Below, piece after piece: positions 13,072-25,927 of a stretch of 64,000 nt of DNA; within the stretch, counting starts at the first letter, position 1, and every line of letters starts with the position of its first letter. A program made the position numbers and the translations under genes. The stretch comes from Eledone cirrhosa. Lineage: Eukaryota. The notes beneath the pieces were generated by a model, which did not search any database, was not told the origin of the DNA, and saw only the letters and a list, made by a program, of their open reading frames with translations. The DNA lies in contig OZ024740.1 of NCBI GenBank assembly GCA_964016885.1, forward strand, positions 294,686,001-294,750,000, in the 5' to 3' direction.

Positions 13072-13255
13072 TGTTTCTACTTTAGGCACAAGGCCAGCAA
13101 TTATCCAGTGCATTACTGGTACTTTATTTTATTGACCCCGTAAGGATGAAAGGCAAAGTCAACCTCGGCGGGATTTGAACTCGGATCGTAAAGGGACATA
13201 ACTATGCTGGAAAGCATGGCGTCCGACCCTCTACCGATACTGCCAATCCACCGCC
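13072..13255 (-). mobile_element. tRNA-derived SINE with 18-bp target-site duplication
   Basis: A-box TGGCAGTATCGG, B-box GAGTTCAAATCC, central gcctttcatccttacggggtc..aaaataaagtaccag; TSD ttactttgaataaataat at 13054-13071 and 13256-13273. Confidence 0.9.
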
Positions 13256-14105
13256 TTACTTTGAATAAATAATGAATGAATATTACATAATTTATTTACT
13301 AAATTTCGTAAAAATAAATAATTTAAAATCGACTTCTTTTCAAAGTTGCACTTCCGGTATATCGTTGCCACCACCATCACCACCACTTCAACTACCATAT
13401 ATATAGAAAGAGAGAGTCTGTGATGTCAACACTTCCGGTGGTGATCACTTAAATAAACATACTAATTTTCTCCTAATGCAGTTTATATATAATATCAGCT
13501 CTTTTTAATATATCATGGATTACGTTACTGATTACATAAGACAGTGTAACGCAGTCTTTGTTCAATTTCTGTTTATATTGTCAATTACGATTTTATTCGA
13601 GGTATATCTACATGTACATATACTCGTATATAATATCAATATACACAGTACACATGCTAGCAGAAAACCACCCGAAGGGTGGTTTTTCTGCTAGTCTCAG
13701 TAATGCCCGATGTAATGCATGGCACACTCTGTAGAGTGCTGGAATGTTTGCTAGTGAGATGAGACCCTGGTCCATCTTACAGAGCATATATATATATATA
13801 TATATATTCCAGACCCATGCTAGCGTGGAAAATGGACGTTAAACGATGATGATGATGTATATGCTATATAGTCCAGAATTAGCCGTCGGGGTTCTACTCG
13901 TTCCTATATATATATATATATATAAAAATATAAATATATATATATATATATATATAAATATAGATTTATTATGCTCCACATTACACCCCTTTTTTTCTTT
14001 TTTCTTTTTACTTCATAAACCTTGTTTGTAAATAACAATTCTTTCTGCACCATTTCTTTAACATATCCAACATCACCAATCTACATCAATACATATTATT
14101 ATCAT

Positions 14106-14140
14106 TTGATAATGCATAAAAATGCTGAAACCGGTAATAG
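14106..14140 (+). ncRNA. Degenerate hammerhead-like motif
   Basis: tTGATAA-t-gcat(aaaa)atgc-t-GAAA-ccgg-TA; palindromic stem III ACCGGT; two core changes relative to CTGATGA. Confidence 0.3.
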
Positions 14141-14432
14141 ACTTATTAAATATATAAATAAATGCCATTGTTAATTAATAAATAAATCAACTAATACCTT
14201 AACACTTCACACAAAGTAAAATATTTCGTTTTAATCATTTTCTAACCCAGAAAAAAAGAGAAAGAAATAAAAAGGGAAAAAAAAAAATGTTTTCCTAATA
14301 GTCGTCTTTTTCTCCCTGTTTTCATATATATATATGCTATCTTTAATTAACACAAAAAAAAAACAAGAAATAATGAAAACTAAAATGAAAAATGTTTATA
14401 TAAATCACAATTAGATGAAATATAATACTTAC

Positions 14433-14644
14433 ATAATAAATTCTCTGTCGTCGTTTTATTTCTTCTTCATCAAAAACACATTCCTGTCCATAGATGTCAT
14501 GAGCTTTAGTAATGATAGCAATAAGTTCTTCAAGATCTTCATCTGAGTTACGAAATGACGGATAAATTTCAGCTTTTTGTAGACGTTTCACTTCTTGAAT
14601 ATCTTTAGTTCTCTTCTCTAAAGTGTAACGTCCGGTTTTAATGG
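14433..14644 (-). CDS. Nuclear receptor coding exon: T/A-box, hinge, helix 1
   Basis: Acceptor gtaattttag, donor TAT|gtaagt, phases 1/0; (A)IKTGRYTLEKRTKDIQEVKRLQK...LEELIAIITKAHDIY...RRQRIYY. Confidence 0.92.
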
Positions 14645-15299
14645 CTAAAATTACAAATGGAGAAAATAAAATCCTTCATTATTTGTTTATTTTTCTTCAG
14701 ATGAAGTCTTTAATCTAAAATCCTTCATTATTTGTTTATTTTTCTTCAGATGAAGTCTTCAATCTAAAATTCAAATTAATACAATTCAAAACAGATGTTA
14801 AACAGAGAATAAACAGCCACATTTCCCTCAACAATATAGATGAGTCATACTATTGGTGGAATATAATTATCAACATGACATTTCTGAGCTGGCTATCTTT
14901 ACTATATTATAGACTACTACGAGTGATCATAATATCCTTCGCACCTTTAACTAGTATAGCTGAGATTTCACCAATTTCAGTTTACTCTTCAATTCTAAGT
15001 GGTTATTCTAACTTTATCCTGTAGAATGGGAGTCATATTCACCAGCACAAGGAGAATAGTGCAAAACTATTGTGTCACCTTCAGTATGATGATTGTATAG
15101 CTCAAAGAAATATAGTGTGCAGTATTAGACGTCATCTTTGTTGTAACATGTTTTCTACTTTTATAGTTGTAATTTGTTCTACATAATGGCAGTCATATTT
15201 CAGTTACCCAAGTCTATTCAGATTTGTTTTTTTACCTGACAGTCTTTTATGCTTTTCACTTGATCCTTAAATTTTTTTATACTAACCTGCCTGGAACTG

Positions 15300-15334
<35 letters not shown>

Positions 15335-15849
15335 CATACATACATACATACATACACACACATCTAACCCATGCTAGCGTGGAAGAATGGACGTAAAACG
15401 GTGATGATGACGACGATGATATAAAAATGAGAAAACACACACACGTATATATATACATACATCTAACCCATGTTAGCGTGGAAGAATAGACGTAAAATGA
15501 TGATGATGATATAAAAATGAGAAAACACATCGCTAGAATAGCCGTTAAAACAGCTAAATGCTGTCAAGGACAGCAATGGGCAAAAATGCCTCAGAGGACA
15601 GAGCAGTGGTCAACAGAGAGACAATCGACAAGATGAGTAACAGGCAGATGAAATATAGAAAAGATTGAAAGAGGAGAACAAGGGGAAGTGTGCTGGTGCA
15701 CAGAAGTGACTGGAAGAAGAAAATAAATAAAGGCAATGTACAAGACAAGTTTACACACACACACATCTTCGCCCTCATCAGCTCTCAAACCAGCAAAATG
15801 GTTTCTCAATTAAATTGTGCAAAACCATAATCAGAATTATTTTCTAGTT

Positions 15850-16720
15850 GTTTTTTGGTTTCAGCTATAGGGACCAAATCCCTATCGAGAAGTTCCCACA
15901 GGCAGCCTGTTTTAAACTCCTTTGTTATGGCCTGAAGAACTGAACCTTGAATTCCTTGCTAAACTCATTTCCTACTCTCACTTAACTGACAGTTCCTATG
16001 TGCATAGCTTGCACTGCTCTCACAAGCCATTCTTCTACACCTACTTTCCTTAAGGACCATCAGATAATAGATCGAGGTACTCTGTCAAAGCCCTTCTCTA
16101 GATCAACAAAAGCTCAATATAGTGTCTTATTTTTGGCTAGGAACTTCCTTTGTAGTTGCCTCACTAAGAAGAGGGCATCTGCAGTACAAGCATGAAACCA
16201 AACTGCATCTCATCTATTTTGACTCTCCCTAATTACCTGTGTTATAACTCTTTCTGTCACTTCCATCACTTGATCCATTAATTTTCAAGAGCATTACCAT
16301 TGCCCTTATAGCAGTTAATGATTGTACTTCTGCACCAATCATTGGGTATGTATTACTTGATTTACTATAAGGGTTACTATTTTGACTCCTACCTCACATG
16401 ATGCTTTTAGTACTTCAGCAACTATTTCTGATGATGCTGCAGTTTTACCATTCTTCATCTCCTTGATTGTGTCTTTGACCCTAAAACTTCAATAGCTGGT
16501 CCTTCCTTTGGGTAAGTTGGGGTAGTTTCTCTTCCTCCCATTCATTCTCTACATTCAATCTCTCATTCATTTCCAGACCTCTTTCTTTTGTGCATCAGTG
16601 CTCCTATGAGCACTCCTCCATCTCACTTCTTGTACACATCATACATCTACATGTTTTCTCTCTAACAGTTCCACAATTTCACCTGATTTGCTTTTCAGGC
16701 TACTAACAGTAAGGGTGGTA
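15850..16720 (-). mobile_element. Degenerate RTE LINE fragment
   Basis: Nucleotide similarity to 7450-7850 (gaagttccca..ttaaactcct, cacaagccattc, ttgcctcactaagaagagggcatctg). Confidence 0.8.
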
Positions 16721-17138
16721 GTCCCGAGATTTATACCTTGATAGGTGATACCTTGATGTGTGATTGATTGATGACAGTTACTCTAGCCACCCCACTACTA
16801 TGTGCAGCACTAACATGACTAGTGTTAGCCCTGTGTGGAAATCATATTGGTTGTGCTTTTCATAATTTTGGTTGGGTTTTACTGGCTGGATGCCCTTCCC
16901 ATCACCAACCACTTTACAGTTTGGACTGGGTGCACTGTTCATGCCACCAGCACTAGATATATATACTTTAAAGTGGTTGGTACTAGGGAGGGCATCAAGC
17001 TATAGAAATCAAGCCAAAAATAGAATGTATGAGCAATAAATTTTTCATTAGTAAGCTGATGTTTAGAAAATTATTTAACAAAAAATTGGAAAATAAAGTT
17101 ATAATGGAAGGTTTTAATATAAGTAAAAACATTTTAAA

Positions 17139-18470
17139 ATGTGGGGCTGTCTATATTGGACAAACCTGTTGCCAACTAGTGGACCAGTTTTTCCGAGCAC
17201 TTCCATGACATCAAGCTTGGGAACCAGTCTCCGGTCGCTCAACATTTCTGCTCTGCTGGACACACTGCCCACCACTTCACTGTTTTCAACCTTGTTGCTT
17301 TCTCCAGACCTCCAGATTCATACTTGCACAGAGAGCAACAGATCATTTTTTATCTCCAGTGAAATTTAACTTAATTCCCCATCCCACATTCTCTAGCCTT
17401 TCCCATCATCCATCTCCTACCCATTCTCACACCAACTCACAGATATGAAAACACACACACACCAACACAACTAAATAATTAGTTACACCAACATGACCAT
17501 GATACACATTCAATTCTAACACCTTCACACATGCACTATCTCTAACACCTACCCACATGTCTACATGGTCACACAAACAAGAGTTTAGTCAATTACACAT
17601 ATTTCATTGTTCCTTGTGCTATTAACTAATCATATAAACAAACCCAAACATACTACACGGCCAACTCAAACGCTCACACTACACTCCTTTACTACCAACA
17701 CACACACACACTACACCATAGCTCCCATCCCATTCCTCTCTTTCACCACCACACCACACCATCCCGTACCACTTCTGCTCTTTGTACACCATACACAGCC
17801 TCTCTTCTGATCATTTCTTGAAATAGGCCATTTTTGACCACCACTGCCACAATGAACCAGGATCTTTACGAAACGCCATTCATATATACAGATCACACAA
17901 AAATCTCACCAAAGTATACACATATATATATATACATACATATATGTATATATATATATCTGTGTGTGTGTGCGCGAGCATATATACAGGTATGTCTAAA
18001 GAATCCACACACACACACATGTATATACATACACACATGCATATTCGCATAAACATATACACGCACATACATAGACATACATGCATATACCCATACATAA
18101 ACATACACATGCACACAAAAAAACTACAAAAATTCAAACACACGTGCACTTCCATCAAGGATACACAAAACACACACCTACAAAATGCATTCCATCTGCA
18201 CACACATAATACTAATGACACACCTGGACTCTCCACTTCAATCCCTATTCCTGAATGTCAGACTACATGCTCCGCTTCTCTCACCTTTCTTAAAACTCCT
18301 CTCCAAACTCATATTCTAACCGTTTCTTTTTCTCTCTGTCTGAACTCTCATTTTCCTGAAGAAGGACATATGTCTGAAATGTCAAACCCTCTTCTAATTC
18401 CTCCTAAGCATGAAATTAATAAGACTGTGTTTTTGCATATCTGTGTTTCTTTTGTCATTTTTTTAAACTA
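17139..18470 (+). mobile_element. Penelope-like element 3' remnant (GIY-YIG endonuclease C-terminal part, CA-rich tail, degenerate hammerhead)
   Basis: From 17140 CGAVYIGQTCCQLVDQF, then a 1-nt frameshift, then SEHFHDIKLGNQSPVAQHFCSAGH...REQQIIFYLQ; CTGAAGA-aggacatatgtct-GAAA-tGTC at 18356-18383. Confidence 0.75.
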
Positions 18471-19494
18471 TATACATGTAAAACAAAAAGGTGAATATGT
18501 TACCACATGAATAGGTATTAAACCTTTCATTACCATGTTTCTTATTAAAGACACTTACTGTGATTTTCAAATTATTTTGAAAATAATAATATAACTAACT
18601 TTCTTATTAATCTGGTGTTTGGAATATAACAAAGTTTCTTATATAAAGTTGTTTTAGATGAATATAAACACTTAAAAGAAATGGTTTCATGCAGTTTGGT
18701 ATCAAAACGGTTAAACCTTGATCAAAAGATATTTTGTAACAACTAAAATGCTTGCGAAGAGCTGATCCTAAGACATCTCATGCTTGTATACTTAATAAAA
18801 TTATATTTTATGGGTTTATATATTTAGTTACCATGAAAATATTTTACATTGATGAATCAAGAACAAAACAAAACAACTTTCTACAAATCTAATTAGTATC
18901 TTTTGGTGCATAGTTTTAATTACAAAAGCAAATTTGTCTGCCTTGTTGCTGATTGAAACAATTATATTGCTGCAGATGCTAGATGATACAATTATTTTTA
19001 AAGATGAATTTTAAGGGTTTTTCTTTCTTAGGATATTGATAAAACAGAAATAGAAAATATTCCAATTTTAGTAAAGCTGGCATAGCCATTAGTAGTTCTG
19101 TTATCAGTGGTAACAAAAATGAAATGAAAGGAGGAATTTATATAAATAGATAGAGGAATCAACCACAAGACAAAAATATCACTGAGTTTTCACAAATAAG
19201 ATAGAGATAAGACAGAAATAGATTTCTTTAAATATACTTCTTCCTTGCAACATTGCTAGTGGAGAAAAATACCACTCATTAGGTAGTATGGACAAGAAAA
19301 CCTGTAAAAATTCTTCAAAACAGGATAAATGGCACAAGCCACTTACTGTGTACGTTTATGGGTTAATTGTTTTTAACCATATTATGTGGCTAATTTTTCT
19401 GATATTTATGGGAAGTCAATCTTTTGGTTAATTTATTTTACTATTATTCTCAAAATTACATTTAAATTTGGAATATTGCAAACTGTTTATCTAT

Positions 19495-20057
19495 GAAGGT
19501 ATCAAATGTTCTGTTCTGGAGAGGAGATTGCGTTGGTATGGATATGTGATGTGTATGAAGGACGACAGCTGTATAAAAAAGTGCAGGGCAATGAAAATTG
19601 ATGGAAGCTACAGAGTGGGTAGACCAAGAAAAACCTGGGACGAGGTGATAAAAACTGACCTTGCTCACCTACACCTCTCTAAGACAATGATACTGGATCA
19701 AGACCTTTGACACTATGCAGTTGTACAGAAGACCCGACTGCCATTGCATACAAACCTACAGTCAGTAGGCACCTCGTAACCCAATGTACACCCTACCCCA
19801 CCCTCGCTCTTTCATTCCGTCCACTGTGTCGATGACAACAGTCCACACTGTAAGGTGGTCGTTTAGGAGACACAGTGAAAAGGTTCCCAGTCCACACTGT
19901 AAATGTGGTTGGTGTTAGGAAGGGCATCCAGCTGTAAAAAAAACCTGTCAGACGCTTCCATGCGAGCGAGACGGTCTCCCGACCATTCCCGCATCCAATG
20001 GAACAAAACCGTCTAACCCATGCTAGGGTGGAAGATGAACTTTAAACGATGATGATG
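19495..20057 (+). mobile_element. RTE LINE 3' end with 3' UTR and (GAT)n tail
   Basis: RRLRWYGYVMCM..CIKKC..VGRPRKTWDEVIK; ends cccatgctagggtggaagatgaactttaaacgatgatgat. Confidence 0.85.
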
Positions 20058-21535
20058 TCTATTTAGCAAAGATTGGAAACATTTAATAATATAACTAACT
20101 TTCTCATTATGAAGCCAGTGCTTGGAGCATAACTTAAAGGTACTTACATAAAATTACGATGAAAGGTTTTTAGATAAATATAAACACTTTGAAATAAAGT
20201 TTTGTATCAAAGAACCAGGAGCAGTTTCAGGTTGTTTAGTATTAAAAGGATTAATCCAATACAAGATCAGTTTTGATTCCTTTCAACCTGTACTGATAAT
20301 ATGGTTTTCTTTTTTGAAGATTATAAAAGGTGGCAATTTGAAGCCATTAGCCAAACAACTGAGCATAATGGTGAATTTATTTTTTTTCATATCCAGACCC
20401 AATAGTGCTCATGGTTACCGTCTTACAACCAATAGCAGCCACAGGTGTTGTAAGGGCAACATGTTATCTGTGTTTGGTCAGCATTTCTGATGTGGCAGAA
20501 GGGTTAGTTATGATTCTTTTGTAGGCCAATAATGAACTTAGGATGGTTTAGTGGTTTCTCTTCATAGTCTTTAGGAAGGTTTTGCTCTTCAGTAGTTCAA
20601 ATCCTGATGCTGAGCTGGTGTTAGTTCATAAAAAAGTAGTCCACATCTGTTTTGCCTTGAATTCGTTTATTGTAAATGCCCTTCATGTCAAAGTAGTTAG
20701 TGACAGGAAGGGTATCCAGCCATAGAAAACTTGTCAAACAAAGAGTCATTATAGACATGGAAGCTTCTCTAGTGTTGATCTACACAATAAATGCACCCAG
20801 TCCACCCTGTAAAGTAGTTGGTGACAAAAAGAGCATCAGGCCATATAAAACTAGACAAACAAAGAGTTGGGAGGACTCTTTAGTTGTGTCAAAGACAGGA
20901 CAACTCCCTAGAGCTGATGCTATGATAAAAAGCACTCAGAAGAATAAGGGATTGTATGATTGTATGCAGGCTGCCAGAGCAATCAATAGAGTATGGAATG
21001 TATGGAAGCGAGATGCAACCCCCCAGTCCATCTGAGAGGTCAGTGGCTCTGCTTGAGTAGTGACCGGTCTATGACAAACCATCCAACCCTTGCTAACATG
21101 GAAAACGAACATTAAACAATGATGATGAAACTAGCTGAATCTTCTTATAAACTTAGGTGTGTATTCTAGTAATTAATACACCAATACTGGCCATCCTTCT
21201 ATCTGTCATTTACAAATTTCAAATCATCCTCTTCTACAGGTGAGAAAAAATACCCTTTCCCCTTACCACCTCTATTTGTATTTTTGGACTTTGGTATAAT
21301 TAAGTTTATCTTGAGCTCACCTCTACAATGTGTTGTTATCGTTCACACTGAAGTTTTTCATAGTTGCTCCATTACTATGTTCAACACTGTACTTTAACAT
21401 TTTAAATTTATCTGAAGCATAGCACGTACATCTGGTAGGAAAAATGTCAGAAAATAAATGAATGTTTTAAAATTATCATTCATCATCATCATACATCTGT
21501 TTTTCATGCTGGATAATACAGACTAATCTATTATT

Positions 21536-21724
21536 AGGTGGATTAGCAGTATCATTAGAGTGTCAGACACCATGCTTTGCAGCATAGCGTTATGGGCCTT
21601 TACGTTCTGAGTTCAAATCCCACCGAGGTTAACTTTGCCTTTCATCCTTACAGGGTTGATAAAATTAAACACCAGTAATGCACTGGGATAATTGCTGACC
21701 TTGTTCCAAATGTAGAACCAATCA
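21536..21724 (+). mobile_element. tRNA-derived SINE
   Basis: Same family as 13072-13255 (gagttcaaatcccaccgaggttaactttgcctttcatcc). Confidence 0.85.
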
Positions 21725-22134
21725 TATATATATATATATACACAACAAACGTTTTAAATCTATCTCCATTGCTAAAGTAGGGGTTATCCATGAGGCCTCA
21801 TGACACTTTATTTTATCCTATCCTCTGTACCCAACACCAATACACTGGCTTTCATTTCCCCTTACATCATCTTTAGCCACATCTTTCTTGGTCTTCCTCT
21901 TTCTCTACTTCATTCCACATTCATTTCTATCATTCCCCTCACTTTCATCTTTTCTGAACACATTACTCAACCATCTTATTCCATTATTCCTCTTCACAAC
22001 ATTCATCAATGGTTCTATTCCCATCATCCTCTTCAATTCATATAACCGTTTACAGCAATTTGAGACAACCAATTCAAATGAGTAGTTTGTTTAAACTTTG
22101 ATTAGGGATGTAGTTATCAAATATTTTGTTCCTT

Positions 22135-22313
22135 GTAAGAGTAAAGGCATTTTTGGTCTCTCATGTGAGAGTAAAGACATTTTGAGCCTCTCATGTGGGA
22201 GTAAAGGCGTTTTGAGCCTCTCATGTAGGAGTAAAGGCATTTTGAGCCTCTCATGTAGGAGTAAAGGCATTTTGAGCCTCTCATGTAGGAGTAAAGGCAT
22301 TTTGAGCCTCTCA
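22135..22313. repeat. 30-bp minisatellite, about 6 units
   Basis: Unit ggagtaaaggcattttgagcctctcatgta. Confidence 0.95.
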
Positions 22314-23794
22314 ACTATTTTTTAGTGGCAACATGGATTGTTGATTTCAATTTATTAGTTTAAACTAATAGTTCTCACATAAAATATGCATTATTTATTC
22401 TTCAGTTATAATTCTGATCTCCACTATCACTCTTAGTTAAAGTAGTGAATGATTCACTTGGGAAGATGTATTCAATAAGAAAAATACTAGATTAAAGAGA
22501 TATTTATTGGGGATGGCGACAGATAATTTTATATCAATGTTTCTAGGAAGCAAACGTTTGTCTTCTTGGGATAAACAATTTAATATTCAATGTTTTGTTA
22601 CACTGTCATAAAGTGAGACTTACTATATAATTTCCACTACTTATAAGAAAACAAAATGATGAATCTACATTCATTATCTTGAAGCAATGATTGTCTTGGG
22701 CATTATATTATGTTAGTAGGTCTTTAAAATCCACACTAGAATTTGTTGACTACCATTAAACTTAGCAAGATATTGGAAAGAAATGAGTGGCAAGATGTAT
22801 TTAAAGTTGGTAGCAGCAGTATACTTAGATGGAGTTGGTAAGAACTAAAATAATGAGCTAAAGTTAAATTGTTAAGAATTATAATGGAAGTAGGTGAACA
22901 TAGATATTTGCTAACAATGTTAAATAAAACAGCCACCGAATATCATCCATCAAGCATGTACCAATAAGCATCAGCAAAAAGATGAGTGCATTGATTTTTC
23001 TCAAAGAAAGCCTTCTTTAATATGGTAGCAATGGAGTACAGTGAGGCAGAATTGAGTGCCTGATACGAAGAAAGAATCAAGTACTTACCACCATCATTGG
23101 GCAATCATCCTAAAACTCTAGGAAGATAAATGTTATATAGTATAATTCACCATACACGATCAGTGTAAAAAACTAGAGTTGTAAAAAGACTAAGCTATAC
23201 CCCCTACAAGGTAAAGACCTAGAGAAAAACCTTTTATAGTGTTGATATCTCCATCAGCAACACATCAAAATGTTACATATGTCTTAATGAGCACTTCTAC
23301 AAAAACCACCTGCCCTTGTACACAGTTCATTTCATTATAACCAGAACACTTTCAAACATATTTAGAAATAGAGACAAAAGAGAGGCAACAAATATAACTC
23401 TGGAGAGTGCTAGATAATGTACAGGCATTGAGGAATGGATTAAAGGGATACCCTGCTATAATCTTAAATAAATAAAAATAAAGGTGCAAGATAGATGATA
23501 AGGACAGAAAACTCCAATGATTTACAATGCTAACAGTCACTCTATATCTTTTGTTTCACACTTTAAGAACATAAATCCTATTTATCCCACACATATATAC
23601 ACATATGATGAGCTTCTCTGCACAGGTTCTCTTGTCTACCAAATTACCCTCACAAAATATGGGGGTGGAGGAAAATAAAGTACCAGTAAAATCCTGGGGT
23701 TGATTTAATTGACTTTTCCAACTCCTCAAAAATTGCTGGTCTTGGACATAAATTAGAAATCAATATTTCTAAAGTGATTCAGCTGTTAAAGTTA

Positions 23795-24348
23795 AAGAAA
23801 AGGTAGACAAGAGCTGTATGAAGGCGAGGCAGAGAAAAGGTAGACAAGGGCTGTATGATGGTGAGACAGAGAAAAGGTAGACAAGGGCTGTATGATGGTG
23901 AGACAGAGAAAAGGTAGACAAGGGGTGTATGAAGATAGACAAGAGCTGTATGAAGGTGAGACAGAGAAAAGGTAGACAAGGGCTGTATGATGGTGAGACA
24001 GAGAAAAGGTAGACAAGGGCTGTATGAAGGTAGACAAGAGCTGTATGAAGGTGAGACAAAGAAAAGGTAGACAAGGGCTGTATGATGGTGAGACAGAGAA
24101 AAGGTAGACAAGGGCTGTATGAAGGCGAGACAGAGAAAAGGTAGACAAGGGGTGTATGAAGGCGAGACAGAGAAAAGGTAGATAAGGGCTGTATGAAGGT
24201 GAGACAGAGAAAAGGTAGATAAGGGCTGTATGAAGGTGAGACAGAGAAAAGGTAGACAAGGGCTGTATGATGGTGAGACAGAGAAAAGGTAGACAAGGGC
24301 TGTATGAAGGCGAGACAGAGAAAAGGTAGACAAGGGGTGTATGAAGGT
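23795..24348. repeat. 39-bp minisatellite, about 14 units
   Basis: Unit aaggtagacaagggctgtatgaaggtgagacagagaaa; produces stop-free minus-strand ORFs in all three frames. Confidence 0.95.
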
Positions 24349-24417
24349 AAGTAATTATATCAAAGAATAATAGCAATTATAAAAAAAGTTAGAGAAAAGA
24401 AAATTATGCAAACTTAC

Positions 24418-24559
24418 CTTCTTTTGACATTCCCATTGAAAGACATTTTTTAAATCGACAAAAGGCACAAGCATTACGTTTTCCTGGACTAATTTCACAA
24501 TTTTCAATTCCAGGGCATTTATATTCTTCTTTTCTTTGTAGACTGCGTCGAAAAAATCC
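24418..24559 (-). CDS. Nuclear receptor coding exon: second C4 zinc finger
   Basis: Acceptor ttcatttttag, donor G|gtaagt, phases 0/1; GFFRRSLQRKEEYKCPGIENCEISPGKRNACAFCRFKKCLSMGMSKE. Confidence 0.96.
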
Positions 24560-25798
24560 CTAAAAATGAAAGAATTTATTCAAGTTTTCAAAATAGTAAA
24601 ATATTGAAATGGGGTCCCTCCGAAGGGTCTTTGGAGTAACGTTACTTGATAGAGTGCGTAACTTGGAGATCAGAGTCACTCCAGGTAGAGCTGCTACTTC
24701 TCTGAATTGAGAGACCGCAACTCTGATACTATGGGCATGTGGTTAGAATGTCTCAAGAAAGAATCGCTGAACAAATTTTATGGGCAAAACCAACCAGTAA
24801 GAGACCCATGGGAAGACCCTGAGCAAGATGGTTGGATAACATCCATGAACTTGGCCGGTGTCGTTTGGGGATGAAACCGGAGATGGTTGCTTCTGTCAGG
24901 ACTCTCTGGAAGGAGTGTTTGAGGACCCTGCCTCCACAACTCTCTCAGGAAGAAGAAGTATTGCATAATCATTCTTTTTCTGCTGTTTAATTAAATAGAG
25001 GGTTTTTTTTTACAAGATAAACCAATTCCTCTCAAGGAAAATTTAAAATAGAACTTTTAACCTTAGGTTGCTACAAAAATGGTGAATTAGCAGAGTCATT
25101 ACAGTGTTGGACAGAATGCTTTGTGGTACTTGTGCCAACTATCTGTGCTCTGACATTGTGAGTTCAAATTCCATCTTTTGATAAGTTGATATGAATCTAG
25201 GTTAAGAAACTGGTGAACAAGAACACAAGCTGCCTTAGAAGATAAAACATTCTATGATAATCTCAATAACCATGAGAGTGTTATAGGAGGAAATGACTAA
25301 TTTCTTCAATCGGTAGAGCCATATCAAAATGCTTGCTATGGAATAGATTATGGTTTTGAAGAATAAATAACAAAAACAAAACCTGTGACAAATTGTTGAC
25401 AAAAAAATGAAGTTTTATTCTACATTTAAAATTAAATTATCCAGAAATAAACAAGTCAATGGCAGTGTCCCAGCATGGCCTCAGCCTGTTGTCTGGAACA
25501 TGTAATAGAGTAATAGAATAAGTATATATTAATCAAAGCATATTTCGGTTTTACTTTTTGTTGTCAATTTGTTTTGCCATTTTTCATGACATTCAAAACC
25601 AAAAATATTAACATCGAATATAACAAGTTTCCAAAGATCCAAATTGTCTTTAAGCACCTCACACCACCAAAAAACCATAGATGCAAAAGTATCTGATTAA
25701 AAACTAAAACAATTAATTATGTAAATGTAACTAAATGAAGAAAGAGACAATGTAGTTCAGAAAGTTTCAAATGCATAAACGTGTATTAGTCAACCCAC

Positions 25799-25927
25799 CT
25801 TACATGCTTCACAGGTATTAACACCATAATGGAATCCTGAAGCTTTTTCACCACATATACGACATGGAGGTAAAACAGCCTCTGTGATTGAGCAATGACT
25901 AGCACTCTCAGTCATTTTGTAAGGTCT
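25799..25927 (-). CDS. Nuclear receptor coding exon: short A/B region and first C4 zinc finger (in-frame ATG at 25915)
   Basis: Acceptor tctttacttttag, donor AAG|gtgggt; [43 protein letters not shown]. Confidence 0.95.

Noticed and set aside
13072-13255. tRNA genes suggested by A/B boxes
   Set aside because: No cloverleaf; these are SINE heads with many dispersed copies
13657-13694. GC-rich hairpin followed by a T-run, resembling a Rho-independent terminator or a Helitron 3' end (ends CTAG-T)
   Set aside because: Eukaryotic intron; the T-run and CTAG are part of the palindrome itself, and no matching Helitron 5' end was found
17834-18510. His/Thr/Cys-rich ORFs
   Set aside because: Low-complexity CA/TA sequence in the tail of a Penelope-like remnant
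23769-24376. Three overlapping 175-194-aa minus-strand ORFs
   Set aside because: Result of a stop-free 39-bp tandem repeat in an intron
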